A DNA stretch of 64,000 bases from Phoronis australis (Eukaryota > Animalia > Phoronida), in contig NMRA01000403.1 of assembly GCA_002633005.1 (NCBI GenBank), forward strand, positions 349,792 to 413,791. Reading direction: 5' to 3'. Below, in pieces: positions 26,101 through 38,571 of this stretch (position 1 is the stretch's first letter; each line of letters begins with the position of its first letter). The notes under the pieces are model-generated. The model was not told the DNA's origin. It ran no database searches and worked only from the letters and a program-made list of their open reading frames with translations. The translations under genes were made by a program, and so were the position numbers.

Positions 26101-29100
26101 TGCAGTGATATAGCCTGGCAAAGTTATTGTATGCCCGGTGTTTGGGCCAAATGGTCACATGCGTAGTAGTATTGGACTTTTGGAATTAACAGATGCTGCC
26201 TGAGGAGGAAACATGAATCGAGTGGTAAACTACCAAAAATAGCTTGGGGCATATCAGATGTTTGCACACAGACTTCCTACTGCTTTCCAGTTTGAATAGA
26301 ACATTTTGACTCGTATTTAGTGTTTGAGGTTGCGTAATGACATGTGAGATAGCTATAAGTAGCAACAACAGAGTAAAGATTAGTTTTATACATTGACGTG
26401 AGCTATAAAACTATACAATGTACCAGTCATGAGGGTTGCTGCCCATAGCAATACACAAACTAAATTAGACGAATATGCTGATAAGGAAAGAAAGATCCCC
26501 ACAAGTTTTCTTAGAGGCTGCCCATAATCAGATATCTCATTTCATTGTTTAATTAACGTAGCGGAGAACCCGATGGCAAAATCAAGGTGACATTCAGTGC
26601 AGCAGGCTGTCTTTCAGCCAACATTAAGGCAGGCCAAAACGATTAAGAGATCAAACTTTACAAAGATAACAGGATTACTTATGTAATGGACATTACAGTA
26701 TTGGCTTGGAAAATATCTTTGGGATGACCAGTTTGGTTCTAGGTGTCAGTTATAAATAAGAGATTCATCTGAGTATGCCCACACACTAAATGAAAGCTTC
26801 ACCTTTCCTTGCTCACAATCATAGATTCTACATACGTTCTTGTTTTTTATAGACTCCGCAGTCTTTGCCATCGTCCCCCTGGCCTTGTCCGGATTGAGTC
26901 TGTCAATGAATATGGTGCCGCACAGCCACGCGGCCAGCCCGAACGGACCGGCGAATAGCAACTCTTTCTTAACCAAACCTGTGCACCGACTAGGCCACAC
27001 TTCCATCATGGCTGTAACAGAAAGATTTTTTTTTAAATTACTAGCTATGGTTACTTTCGAGAAAAATTTTGACAAATTTCACCGACTTTTATCTGGCTTC
27101 ATCAAAGTTATGACAAAAACCAGTACTAGGAAACCACATGTAAAATAAAACTAATTTTAATTAAAAATTAGACCATTACCTGACAATTTTGTTCCAAAGT
27201 AGCACCAAATAAAAACAATTCATCATTTTTAACCTCTGTATACGACCAAACACTGCTTTGATTAATTGTGTATCATGACAATAATGTCACAAGCATTCGA
27301 CAAAGGAAGATACATTTTATAAGCAAATTTTGGCAAATTTTACTTCTCTACACAACTGGTGAGATTTTGCGGAATTCATTTTGCACCTTTCAAGAATTCA
27401 CATACACTGACCAAGTCCCCATACTTACGAATCAAGTCTATGGAGCTTTGGTGATTGCATACAACGATATATGGCTTGTCTAACTTGAGATGGTCTCTGC
27501 CACGCGTCTCGCATTTTATTCCATAAATAGGAACAATACTTTTGAAGACCCAAGCAACCCACCTGCACAAAACACAAATGTCATTTGAAATGCACAAACT
27601 CATTATTTTCATGGGTAGGCAGAAGATGTCCGTATTCTGATGCCAAAAAATCAATGATGATGCCAATGTGTCAGGGTACTCCAACGCTCCAAGTCCTGTC
27701 ATTACTGTAGTGTTCGTAATAGTGTTTTGGTAGGAACAGGAAGTGGAGATTAGAACCAGCCTTTTGTTTTAGTAGCCATTGTTTTCCTAATATAAAGCCT
27801 TAAATCAACTATCATCGTCTTCATCAAGACACAACAATTACACAGCAATAATCACTATGAAGGTCACTGAATAACACATTGTTCAGTGGATGAAACTGGT
27901 TCTCAAATTCACAAATTCAGACAAAAGGACTATTGCCAATTAAGCCAACAGGTCTTAACGGTTCAGATGTGTGACCAGTTAAAAGCATTTAGAAGCAGTC
28001 TTGCATTCTATTGCAAAACCTATTGACCCAGCTCTACTCTCAGAACAGTCCAAATCTGTTATAATGCTTGCTTATGTTGTATGATGTATAGGGGGTGTCT
28101 ATTACCTATAAATCCCAATTGGCACTTCCGTTAACGAAATGTCATTTTGCTTTTTTATTGGATTTTGCATTAGACTTTAGACCCCTAAATTAGCATATTT
28201 TGGAACATTCCTAGCACAGAATTGTAAAAACACGCCTCTTGGGTATTGAATGGGTATTCTGTCAAGTCTATGTTTCGGCCAATAAGATAATCTTCAATTT
28301 AGTTTCAAGTTTTAGCTTCAACTATAATAATTGCTTTCAAAACTAGCTATTACACCTTTGGCATTGGAGCATGGGCGATTTTAGTCGATCCAAATGAAAA
28401 TAATTGAGGATATATTGTAGATTTGTAGTTTTGTATTTTATAAACTTAAATAAACAGTCTTGTATTTACTCCACTTCTGTTCTTTCTCACTTTGTCAGAT
28501 ATCACCACGATTCTTTCGCTTGCGATACAAACAAACTAAAAATGCACAACGCTGACGAAACAGTAAAAAATTAATTATTGGATCAGGGCTGGATGCTCCA
28601 ATTCCCATTAAAAAAAATTGGAATTTTAAATACGCTACTTTAGTTTTTAATGACATCATATTAACTACATGTTTTCTCTTCAACAATAACCCACAAAGTG
28701 TGTGGAGATTTTTTATTCATTTAATTGAGAAGTGACAATGTTTCACAAGGTTTTCAGTATAGCAAGAGACTCGCATACTCAGTCTCATTGGTGTAAATTT
28801 TTGCAATCCAAACTGATACCTGCGCCAAACTGCGTGTTCCTAGATTAATGCTAGTGGCAATGGTTTATGGATTTTTAACATTAATCAGAACCGAAATTGA
28901 TGATAAAGAATGCTCAAGTATGCTGGTCATCTGGAACAATGGCATGGGAAACTATTACGCACCACCCCGCATTCATTGCTGTTACACTCTGGTTTTCAGC
29001 ACATTTGACTTATCAGCTGATTTGACACGTTTCCTGTGTCATGTAGAGGAATAGTTCAAACACAGGGTAATTGTTTACAATATGACGACATTGACTTACA

Positions 29101-30900
29101 CAAATGATTTTGGTATCGTTCGATTCCTTACAACGTTATCTTTTAAAAAAATTTACAGAAATTTCTCCTACTCTGTTCTCTAATGTTTTATCATGAAGTT
29201 TCTGCTTGTACCGTTTCCCGGTACGCGGTACTTATACTGCCATGTTGAATGGAAGGAGTCCCCTGGTGGTAAAAAACTGAACTAAGCTATCGACTTCTGT
29301 AGATAGATGCTTTTCATATTAAGTTCAAATTGACCGAGACCCGTTTATCCTCTGGCCAAATTACGGTCCCAAGGGTTTGAATTTGATCCTATGGTAACTC
29401 TGGTATGCGTCAGCAAGCAAGAATCCGCGAAAAAAGCTGAGGTTGTTTTTGAGGTTCTAATTCGTGAAAAGGGTCACTTCAGACAATTTTGTGGAAAAAT
29501 GGTCAAATGCTCACATCTCTAAAAAATTGAAAAAGGTAAAATGCTGCTACTTGTTCCTCCAGAAAAACTTAAGCGGGAATCTCGCGCGGGCAAACGCCAT
29601 TCAGAATCAATGATGCTGTTTCGGATTCTGCCGGGTCTCGACTCTATCCGCAACCGGGAAATAGTGCAAAGAGAAATTCGACAATAAAATATGGAGGAAA
29701 CGTGGTAAGGGATACGTTCATATATTTTTGGATCGGTAACGCTCCGAGGAATCGAATGTACAGTCAAGTGACCTAATTATCGGACGTTTTGGCACATTTT
29801 GCATTATATTTAATTGAAAACATTACGGATTGTTGTAAATTCTTTGCTGAAATAAAGATTTACCTTCACGGAATTGTTCTGTTACTATATCTTGTCACTG
29901 AAAGCCACATTTATGTTCCGACTGATCTTCAAAAAACACAACAACCAAACCTTCGGAGAACCTAAATATCGGACACCATGTTTCTCCATACGCCACACCG
30001 CGGAAAACTGACTAACCACGTAATGGCCGCGGGCACCTTGTCGCCAAATTTCAGCTCGAGTGTTTTGACATATATGCTGCTAGAACCCAGGTCCATTCGC
30101 AACAAAATTATCCATAAAATGAAATCTGATGACGGCGCCAAGTCGTTTCGATGAATTAGTGCAGACGACTAAAGCACGTGCAAACTCACTGCAGTTTTTA
30201 GTATCACTTAGGCTTCTTGATATGACACCCGCACGTGCGCGGTCGGGGTTTGACTTGAGTTTAAAAACAAACGAAAAAATGGAACAGTGACATATTGTCA
30301 GTTCAATGAGATGGTTTCATTGTGGAAAAAGATTTTATTTTCAACTTTTATAACCGATTTATGCGATCGTCCATTTTAGGCCGACTTGGGGGTCTAAATT
30401 GCACCCTCTCTCGGTGAAATCAAAACGAGGCAACGCTGTAAAAAACGAGACGGTGTCGGACATTGAATGCATTACAACGGAACAAAAATTGGTGTCATTT
30501 AATTCTCAGATTATGCTTCAAATAAGATTCTATGAAATGTCCGATATTTAGGTTCCGTCCGATAATTAGGTACCCTATGTGTATACAAAATCATGTGTGT
30601 AGGTCAATGTCGTCATATCGTAAACAATTACCACAGTAAATAGAATCGACAAAACTAATTGCGTAACACACAAGGAATAAAAATCACACTACCTAAACTT
30701 ATCCCGGGGACTTACCCGTAATTGCGAACGTCCATTGGTCTCACCAAAGCAATAAAAATGAACGCAAATGCTTCTACTGAGATTATCGTGTAATACAGGG
30801 TCATTTTAGCATAGTACTTGAAAGTGGAACTCAGTTCATAAAGAACTGGTAACATCAAAAGAAGAATTATAATCAACCACTGAACAAAATCCAACTCCAT
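23157..30900 (-). CDS. AGPAT1: 1-acyl-sn-glycerol-3-phosphate acyltransferase (LPAAT, AGPAT1/2 co-ortholog), 6 exons, 274 aa
   Basis: Exons 30900-30716, 27562-27429, 27011-26836, 25422-25327, 24299-24227 and 23317-23157 total 825 nt in frame. Acyltransferase motifs [34 protein letters not shown] and VPIVPV are present, with a hydrophobic N-terminus. Confidence 0.93.
23924..24104 (+). repeat. Tandem duplication of about 91 bp in AGPAT intron 5
   Basis: GCAAACAACATGCAATACACGCTGAAAATTG...GTGAAATCTGATT occurs twice. Confidence 0.9.
24612..24960 (+). repeat. 20-bp minisatellite, about 17 copies, in AGPAT intron 4
   Basis: Unit approximately AAGTTAAGACACTCTGGCTC in exact 20-bp register. Confidence 0.95.
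29066..30632. mobile_element. Non-autonomous TIR element of about 1.57 kb in AGPAT intron 1 with a 4-bp TSD
   Basis: TIR of about 50 bp, GGTAATTGTTTAC(A/G)ATATGACGACATTGAC(T/C)TACACA.ATGATTTTG, at 29066 and inverted ending at 30632. ACAG flanks both sides. An inner inverted pair ACCTAATTATCGGACG lies at about 29771 and 30557-30572. Confidence 0.75.
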
Positions 30901-31164
30901 CGTCGACTTTTTACACACGATGTCCTTAACAATTATCTCAATGTTTCTTCTTTGACTTTGGAGTTTGGTCGCATGATCGTTACGCTTTACATGTGTCGTA
31001 AACACGACAATGCCCGAGGAGGCTGTGGAACGAATTCAACTGAGTCATTACGCAGGTTATAACCATTTCGGTGTGAAGACAAAGTCAAATTACATTAAAT
31101 GGAGCAGCTAATCGAAAGTTAATATCAATTACGCTCTTTATGTGAATTGGATTTTACCGGTTTA

Positions 31165-31780
31165 TGTGCGACACCAGTAACAAGTAGCGCTATCTACAGT
31201 ACGGTCTTGAAATCGCAAGACTTGCTTAGGCCTACCGTGAACTCCTGGAATATAGCCCACACGCCTACAGTTAGCGACATAACACAGAAAATATCAAAAT
31301 ACAACGACTCCGGTAAAAGACAATATATTGCTTAATCCGAAAGTAAACTTGGCGATCCAACTTCTAACTTCTGGTGTTCTTCGGTCGCGTTTTACGAGGT
31401 CCCCCACTTCTAGGAAATAGATTTCTAGGAAATATAACCTGTTGCCTCAATTTTTCGCCGTCAGCCTCAGAAGGGAGCGGTCCCGACAAAAATATACTCG
31501 TGATAATGAAATAAGCATTGCTGCAGGTGACTCTGCAATGCCTATGGCATCCCTCACTCCTCGGGCCATCGCCGAGCACGTCAGCGCTGCAGTCGCCGCC
31601 TACGGCGGTACTTAAAATGTAGGCCTACGGTTATGAAGCATAAACAAAAAGGGGTTGCAGCCAAAGGAAAAGCGCATTTTGGGAGAATTCATTAGGTGGG
31701 ATGATCTTCTTGAAATTATGAGCTTTGATTGATTCATCATCGATCTCGTCGGCACCCAATCCTCAGCCGTCGCATACCAG
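31165..31780 (+). repeat. Diverged dispersed repeat, copy 1 (copy 2 at about 43003-43615)
   Basis: Collinear blocks such as GCGACACCAGTAA, TACGGTCTTGAAA, AAAATACAACGA.TCCG, CTGGTGTTCTT, CGCATTTTGGGA and TTCATTAG.TGGGATGATCT are shared by both copies. Confidence 0.75.
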
Positions 31781-33792
31781 TCCAGTGACCACTATGACAG
31801 CGTTTTCCTGTTCAGAGTGACTTTACCACGCGTAGAGGGTTCTGAGCGTGTGATAACATCTAGCTTCTTTGTAAACTACCAAGCACACTCTTTTTTCTGT
31901 TATCACAACAAGCAGGCCACAAAAATTATCTACCATGCTTATTACAGACCACTTGGTGTGAACCCAGTCAAACTCAGAGTGAGCTACTAGTGTACTTCGG
32001 AAAGAATAGATTGTCGTAAGTTGGGTTGCAGTTGGGCAATTATGGCGATTCAAAAACTAAACATGATCACCATTTGACGAAGATTTCAGAAATGCTATTG
32101 GTTTACGTCCAAGTATGTAATAACTTAACGTTAGCACGGCCCAGTCAGGCTGATACGATCTGATCGGCGGGAGATTAGCACTGACGAGAGCCGGCCCTCC
32201 AACCATAAATGCCACTGGTGGAGTTAATCAGTCGCGTTAAGATATTGGCTACAGGGGTGATCTTCCCAAGTTATTGTTGGGCTATAGAATCGAACAAGTT
32301 GGGAGCAACGGGAAAACGCCGTAATGCACTAAAAAAAGTCAATTGTTCAGTTGTCTCCGTAACCGATACAAAAAAACGAAAATCCAAATTACCCTGTCTT
32401 CCTTAATAAAATTGTATCACTGCATATTTCCCTTAAGTTCATATAGTACATTGCCCTTGTCACTTGTTCTCGGGAACAGTTCAGAATTTGCTTCGATCGG
32501 TGAGTCATCGCGGAGTAATACTCAAAAAATTGAAACGCGTGTCGCACTGACTGGTAAGGTGTTGTCTACCTGCAACTCGCGCTTTTGGAAGTCAGAGCAA
32601 ACACGACTAAATTAAGCGGTGTGTTCTGAACCCGAGTCAGCTATGCAGAGCATGGACTCGGTAAGCCTGAACACTGGCGTACGTGTGTTCATCGTACTTA
32701 AATCGGGCTTGGGGTCGATCTATTCGTTGTGCTCGAAATCGAACTCGAAACTGTTTTTGACATTTCCTTTTCTATTTTTGTGTCTATTATTCTGTGCTAG
32801 AGTTCGATATGGTTTAAGTGGAAGGCGGATCCGTTTATACCAATTTTGCACATGGTGACGCCTAAAATCAAGCTACAAATTGGAGCAAAAATTCCAAATT
32901 TCGAGTAAAAACTTAAAATTTCAAATTTCAGACTCGAATTTATAGGCTAAAGCTGGGGTCATCAAATGTAAACTAGGAATAGAAATCGCCAACTTACATG
33001 TAAAGCATTCACCGTTTAATGTACCACAGACTCATGGACACGTGTTATTGTTTGCATAAAAATAGAATGGAATTAGTGTCCAAAACAAATTCGATTTCGA
33101 TTTCGAGCAGAAAGATTGGACCCTGGGCCTTGGACCCTGGTCCCTGGTCTGACACATCTTTACATTCGCGGGATTTTCGTACGAACGAAGCATGACACTT
33201 TAACATCGGACGTCAAAATTGCCAAGCGACCGTGTTTGATTTTGATAACTTCTTCCGCTTCCCTTTATCGTCAATTCTCGCTTTGCCGAACTATTTCTGG
33301 GCATATTAACTTAATGCTGTCGGTATAGTCCTACATGAATTAACTCCTACACAAGCATGTGGAATTTGTTACCCCAACGCTTAAGGTTATCTCAAACCAC
33401 TTGTTTAGTGGCCTCCATTCTAACTCGTATACCAAAAAGTGGGCTATGTCAATTAGTAAAAGTACATATTTTCTGCAAAAAAGACCAGGGAATACAAAAA
33501 TATGTTTTATATTTATGGTCCATTATTATTATTATAACATTTAAACCTATTTAAGTCAAAATGCCATGGCTTACGAAAAATACATTCCTAGCAAAATAAC
33601 GTCTCGGTAGGGGAAACACTTTTCAAATGAAAACTTCACCATTTACCTCAAAAACGGTGTTTGGAATTTGTCTATAAGACTTTTTGTTTGATTTCTAAGA
33701 CAAATTAACTCGCAAAACTTATGCTACTTCATCGGATGGGCGATGTCAGCATTCCTTTGCTGCCATTATGGCGTTTTGTCCATGCCCATCTT

Positions 33793-34488
33793 GCAGAGTC
33801 TTATTTAGTTTTATCTATTTACGTCATAATACATGACATTATTCGCAATCCTCCTCTTGTTTTACTCTCCAACATAGCTCGTGGCGTACCCCAGGCAAAA
33901 TAGATTACGATAAGTTAAATTTAACTTGTTAAATGCATTTATCGTCATTATTTTGACATTTTTCTCTTTATTTGGATATCAACCATTAGGGTTCATTTGT
34001 CATTACTTATCTCTATTTATAGCCTTAAGGACCTACTTTTGTATTCATACATTTCTCTATGCGACACCTGATTGGTCGGGCCATAATTCCTTTGTTCAGT
34101 TCAACGTGGTCTCTCTCATTCAGCCACCTACCTCGTCGTCTACAAGACCTACACTGTGCGTTCGTTCTCTACATTTTTCCCCACGCGCCACCCCGGATAT
34201 CGGTTCCACTTTTTTTCTTTTCTCATATACACCACCTGTTAGGTGTTTTCAAGTTTTGAGTTTATGTTCTGTACTTTTCCTTTAAGCCCTTCAGGCAGTT
34301 CTTTTGTTTTGGTTCCCTCTTTCAGGGCTATTAATTGTACACGCCGGTGGGCGTTTTGTCCCATCTCGCAGAGTCATATTTAGTTTTATCTATTTACGTC
34401 ATAATAAATGACATTATTCGCAATCCTCCCCTTGTTTAACTCTGCAACATAGCTCGTGGCGTACCCCGGGCAAAATAGATTACGATAA
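33793..34488 (+). repeat. Direct repeat pair of about 120 bp (33793-33913 and 34368-34488)
   Basis: GCAGAGTC.TATTTAGTTTTATCTATTTACGTCATAATA...GCAAAATAGATTACGATAA occurs twice. Confidence 0.85.
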
Positions 34489-35749
34489 ATGCTATTTTTG
34501 TCAGAAATCGTATTCATTTTTTTACATTACGCAAAACTGACTATAGGTCTTAACATGTATATCGAAAATCCTAGCGAAATCCACCGAACAGATTTCGAGA
34601 ACTCGTATTCCTAAGTTCAAATGTCACAGTGGGTAATTACTTAAGTGTCACCAAAACGTTTTATCACTAGCTAAGTCAATTTTGATTGCATCGAATCCAA
34701 CTGGGGCATGCTGGCGGAGTCAACATATTAAGTGCGTTCATTTTGTAGTCCACTTCAAAGTAGGTCAACAATTCATTGTTAGACACACCACGGCTTGGAG
34801 ACTGATACGAAAGCCAAGTACGCAATAGATACTGAAATCGAGTCAGTATTTAAAGCACGCCGTGAGCGAAATGTCAAATTACCCGAATTAAGGAATTTGT
34901 GTGAGGATTTATCTCTTTTCACAACTTGTTGTGTTCGTGAACACAAAGTCACAGAGGGGTGAGGCGACTCGTTATTCTTTCTCAACAGCTGTATGCATGC
35001 AGACACACAACTCTTTCAGGATCAAAGCCACATTGTACGTGTTGTCTTCGTTTTCCCCGGGATCTTTCTATCACACGTACGTCGTTGATGCAATATTGTA
35101 ACGACTCGGTGAATGAAAGTACTGAGGGTACAAACGGAGTTGCACTGTGCCTGGCAGGAGATTCGATTTTAGTGATAGTCCCTTTGACCTCGGATAAGTA
35201 GTAAACAAATTGCCGCGCGGTAGTGCGGTTCCAAGGTGGTTCTGCCATTTTTTTTCTCGCTATACGGGATATCTTTCGTTTTTGAAGTTCTTCGAGAATA
35301 AAAATAAGGTATTTTGCTAGACATACAGTGTATGTGAAAAATTGTAAAAATAGCCAATTTTTGTGAAGAAGGTTTGAAATATCCTTAAGCGAATCTAGAC
35401 CAGGCTGTGACTAACGCGTCTTTATAAATTCACAAATTGTTGCCCGTGGCTTAGCCGCGATGTTGAAGAAAACTGGATACTCTGGGGTACGCATTGCACG
35501 CTTCCTCGTGCACTTGAGTTCAAATCCTGTTAGCCTAAGATTTTCCAAATGAAACGAAATGTTTTTGGTAGTTTTACATGTACATGTAGACGTTTTGTCT
35601 CTCATCATCATCTTCTTATTGAAACGCTTATTGAAGTCACTAGTTCTAGAAGCCCAAGATTCAGGTGTTTGTTCTACAATGTCAGCCATAAAGACCATTG
35701 CTCGTCGTACATTCACGGCTGAGTCTGAATCTCTCTAAAATCCTTCTTG

Positions 35750-36727
35750 CAAACTGCCTATGTGGTTCCAGTATCCGAAAATACTTATTACATAAATTCT
35801 TATTTTCGACACCCTTTCTTTATATTCTTTTCACCTTTCTTGCCAAAAGCGATTTTTTATGAGTATTTGACCCTTCTCTCTGAGCGTATGATTACCGGTT
35901 GTCATCGGTTATTTCCGTACCCACATTTCCCGCTCATTAGTTCAGGAACTTGTCCTGAACGCCGCCATTTTTTCCTTGTAACTGAATGTGCTATGGCTTG
36001 CTCGAAAAGACTTCATTATTTTGTTTTATTAGTAATATATCGTGATTCGTTTGCATATGTAGTGTATTTATAGTTCGTAGTTAGTGGTCGTTGATTTTTT
36101 TTTGGAATGTTACGCGAACTTAGTATGTTAAAACAGCATTGGTGTTTAGTTCCTTACGTAGGCGGGTCGAACCTAGGAACCAATATGGGTCGAACCAATT
36201 TTTTTTCGGTTTTATTTTATTCCTCGTTTTGAAAAAGTATTTTGCTATCATCGGAAAGGTAGTACATTCTACTCAGTAAAAATCGAAAAAGTATCAAAAT
36301 CGGGGCAAGCAGTGTAAAGTTATTGCAAGTTTTGTGGCGAAATTTGGGTCACTTTGTTTGGATCGCGTCGGCCATATTGGAGGACAGCGGGATGAGTTAC
36401 GAGTTTAAAACTTTGTGTAAATTGTTTTCGCCAACAAATTACGGTGAAATTTATTTAGACATATCTTTACTTACTATTCTGCACGATTTAGCAGTGTTCA
36501 CCAAATTTCAGCCTCGCAGTTGTTACTCATTAAGTGATAAATGTGCTCACAATTCCCGTTGGACTTTCGTCTCATTTCTCCATGGCGGCACCTACAATGT
36601 CGACTTTTGCTGAACTGAAAGGCATGTTCAATCGGCTACGTTGTAATTTGTGAAGATTTAACGTTGATACATTTTGACAAACGTTGCTACAAAAAAGAAA
36701 CTTTGTTCAATTTTCGTGTTTTTTGTG
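35750..36727 (+). repeat. Dispersed repeat of about 1 kb, copy 1 (likely non-autonomous DNA transposon)
   Basis: Highly similar and collinear with 47747-48720. Confidence 0.85.
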
Positions 36728-36762
36728 TTTGTGGCCAGCGACCAGTTAGGCCTAAGGGTATG

Positions 36763-37489
36763 NNNNNNNNNNNNNNNNNNNNNNNNNNNNNNNNNNNNNN
36801 NNNNNNNNNNNNNNNNNNNNNNNNNNNNNNNNNNNNNNNNNNNNNNNNNNNNNNNNNNNNNNNNNNNNNNNNNNNNNNNNNNNNNNNNNNNNNNNNNNNN
36901 NNNNNNNNNNNNNNNNNNNNNNNNNNNNNNNNNNNNNNNNNNNNNNNNNNNNNNNNNNNNNNNNNNNNNNNNNNNNNNNNNNNNNNNNNNNNNNNNNNNN
37001 NNNNNNNNNNNNNNNNNNNNNNNNNNNNNNNNNNNNNNNNNNNNNNNNNNNNNNNNNNNNNNNNNNNNNNNNNNNNNNNNNNNNNNNNNNNNNNNNNNNN
37101 NNNNNNNNNNNNNNNNNNNNNNNNNNNNNNNNNNNNNNNNNNNNNNNNNNNNNNNNNNNNNNNNNNNNNNNNNNNNNNNNNNNNNNNNNNNNNNNNNNNN
37201 NNNNNNNNNNNNNNNNNNNNNNNNNNNNNNNNNNNNNNNNNNNNNNNNNNNNNNNNNNNNNNNNNNNNNNNNNNNNNNNNNNNNNNNNNNNNNNNNNNNN
37301 NNNNNNNNNNNNNNNNNNNNNNNNNNNNNNNNNNNNNNNNNNNNNNNNNNNNNNNNNNNNNNNNNNNNNNNNNNNNNNNNNNNNNNNNNNNNNNNNNNNN
37401 NNNNNNNNNNNNNNNNNNNNNNNNNNNNNNNNNNNNNNNNNNNNNNNNNNNNNNNNNNNNNNNNNNNNNNNNNNNNNNNNNNNNNNNNN
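36763..37489. other. Assembly gap (N run)
   Basis: Run of N. Confidence 1.
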
Positions 37490-37601
37490 ATTCGTTTTAT
37501 CATCCACATTACCTGTACGGGGGTTTGAGAACAACGAGATTTTTTAATAACGTATTTAATCCGCAAATCTTCTCTACGAACAGTGAGTGAGTCGTATACT
37601 G

Positions 37602-37751
37602 CAGTGGCGGATTCGGGGGTCAAGGGAGCCATGGCCCCCCTTAAAATTTTCCCAGATTCCATTTGGCAGTTCGGGGGCGCGAATGTCTGACGGACTTATC
37701 CTCTGCCCTGCCCCCCCTCCCCCCTAACTCACAGTCCTGTATCCGCCCCTG
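37602..37751. mobile_element. 150-bp hAT-like MITE
   Basis: TIRs CAGTGGCGGAT and ATCCGCCCCTG with a G/C-run interior. No TSD is evident. Confidence 0.6.
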
Positions 37752-38571
37752 TGGAACACGTGAGCAGGTACTTATTGAGGTTTCTTCGCGCAAAACAAGG
37801 TTACAGCTGTTTCAATAGTTAATGCATCGATGATCTACATGTACCACACATCCATATTATAGGATTATTGGGCGACCGCAATCCCGACAAGTCGTGGAGG
37901 AGGCAACTGAGTGGTGACGTCATCGAAAGATGGGATTGAATTGTTCTACTCTAATTTCACCTGTCTTCCTGATCGCTGGACTCGGGTCTTCGGAAATAAG
38001 AGCATTTCGATACTTCGCGCTATCAACTTTAAATCAGAGGATCTATTAATTTATGATAATATGAGACAAACCTACATACACTGCCGAATCTTTCGAAAGT
38101 TGTAACAAGTCACAGTTGGCAGACCAGGGTAGAGTTCAGTAACACTAGGACCTTGCTACTAAAAGTAAGAGTTCGCGAGATTACGCGAGATACTGCAGTG
38201 TATTTTAAACGAGAACACCTGATTTGGAAGGATTATTTCTATCCCCAAGACAAACTACTGAACTCTACCCAGACTTGAATAGTGTGACGTCACACTTACG
38301 AAATTCAGTAAGTCAAGACGATCTGGTTGTGTCACACGCGCTGAGGAACAGGAAGAGAGAAAAGTTTGTGTTATGAAATACAGAATGTGTACTTGAGGCA
38401 CCTGAAACCTGAAGTCCCAACCCTTGAAAGGCTATGGAATTTCCGTAACGCTAGAGTGTGTATGGGACTCCGATAGTTGTTAGCTCAACATAGGTGTATC
38501 CCACACCTACGTGTACAACCAGACTCTTCAATCTCTTTATATAACTTACAAACTGTCTTTTTAGATTCCAA

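Noticed and set aside
30901-31005. N-terminal extension of AGPAT from an upstream GTG
   Set aside because: Non-ATG start in a eukaryote. The ATG at 30900 already gives a typical 274-aa LPAAT.
36658-37662. Four long ORFs (260-334 aa) in the ORF track
   Set aside because: They only span the N gap and are artefacts.
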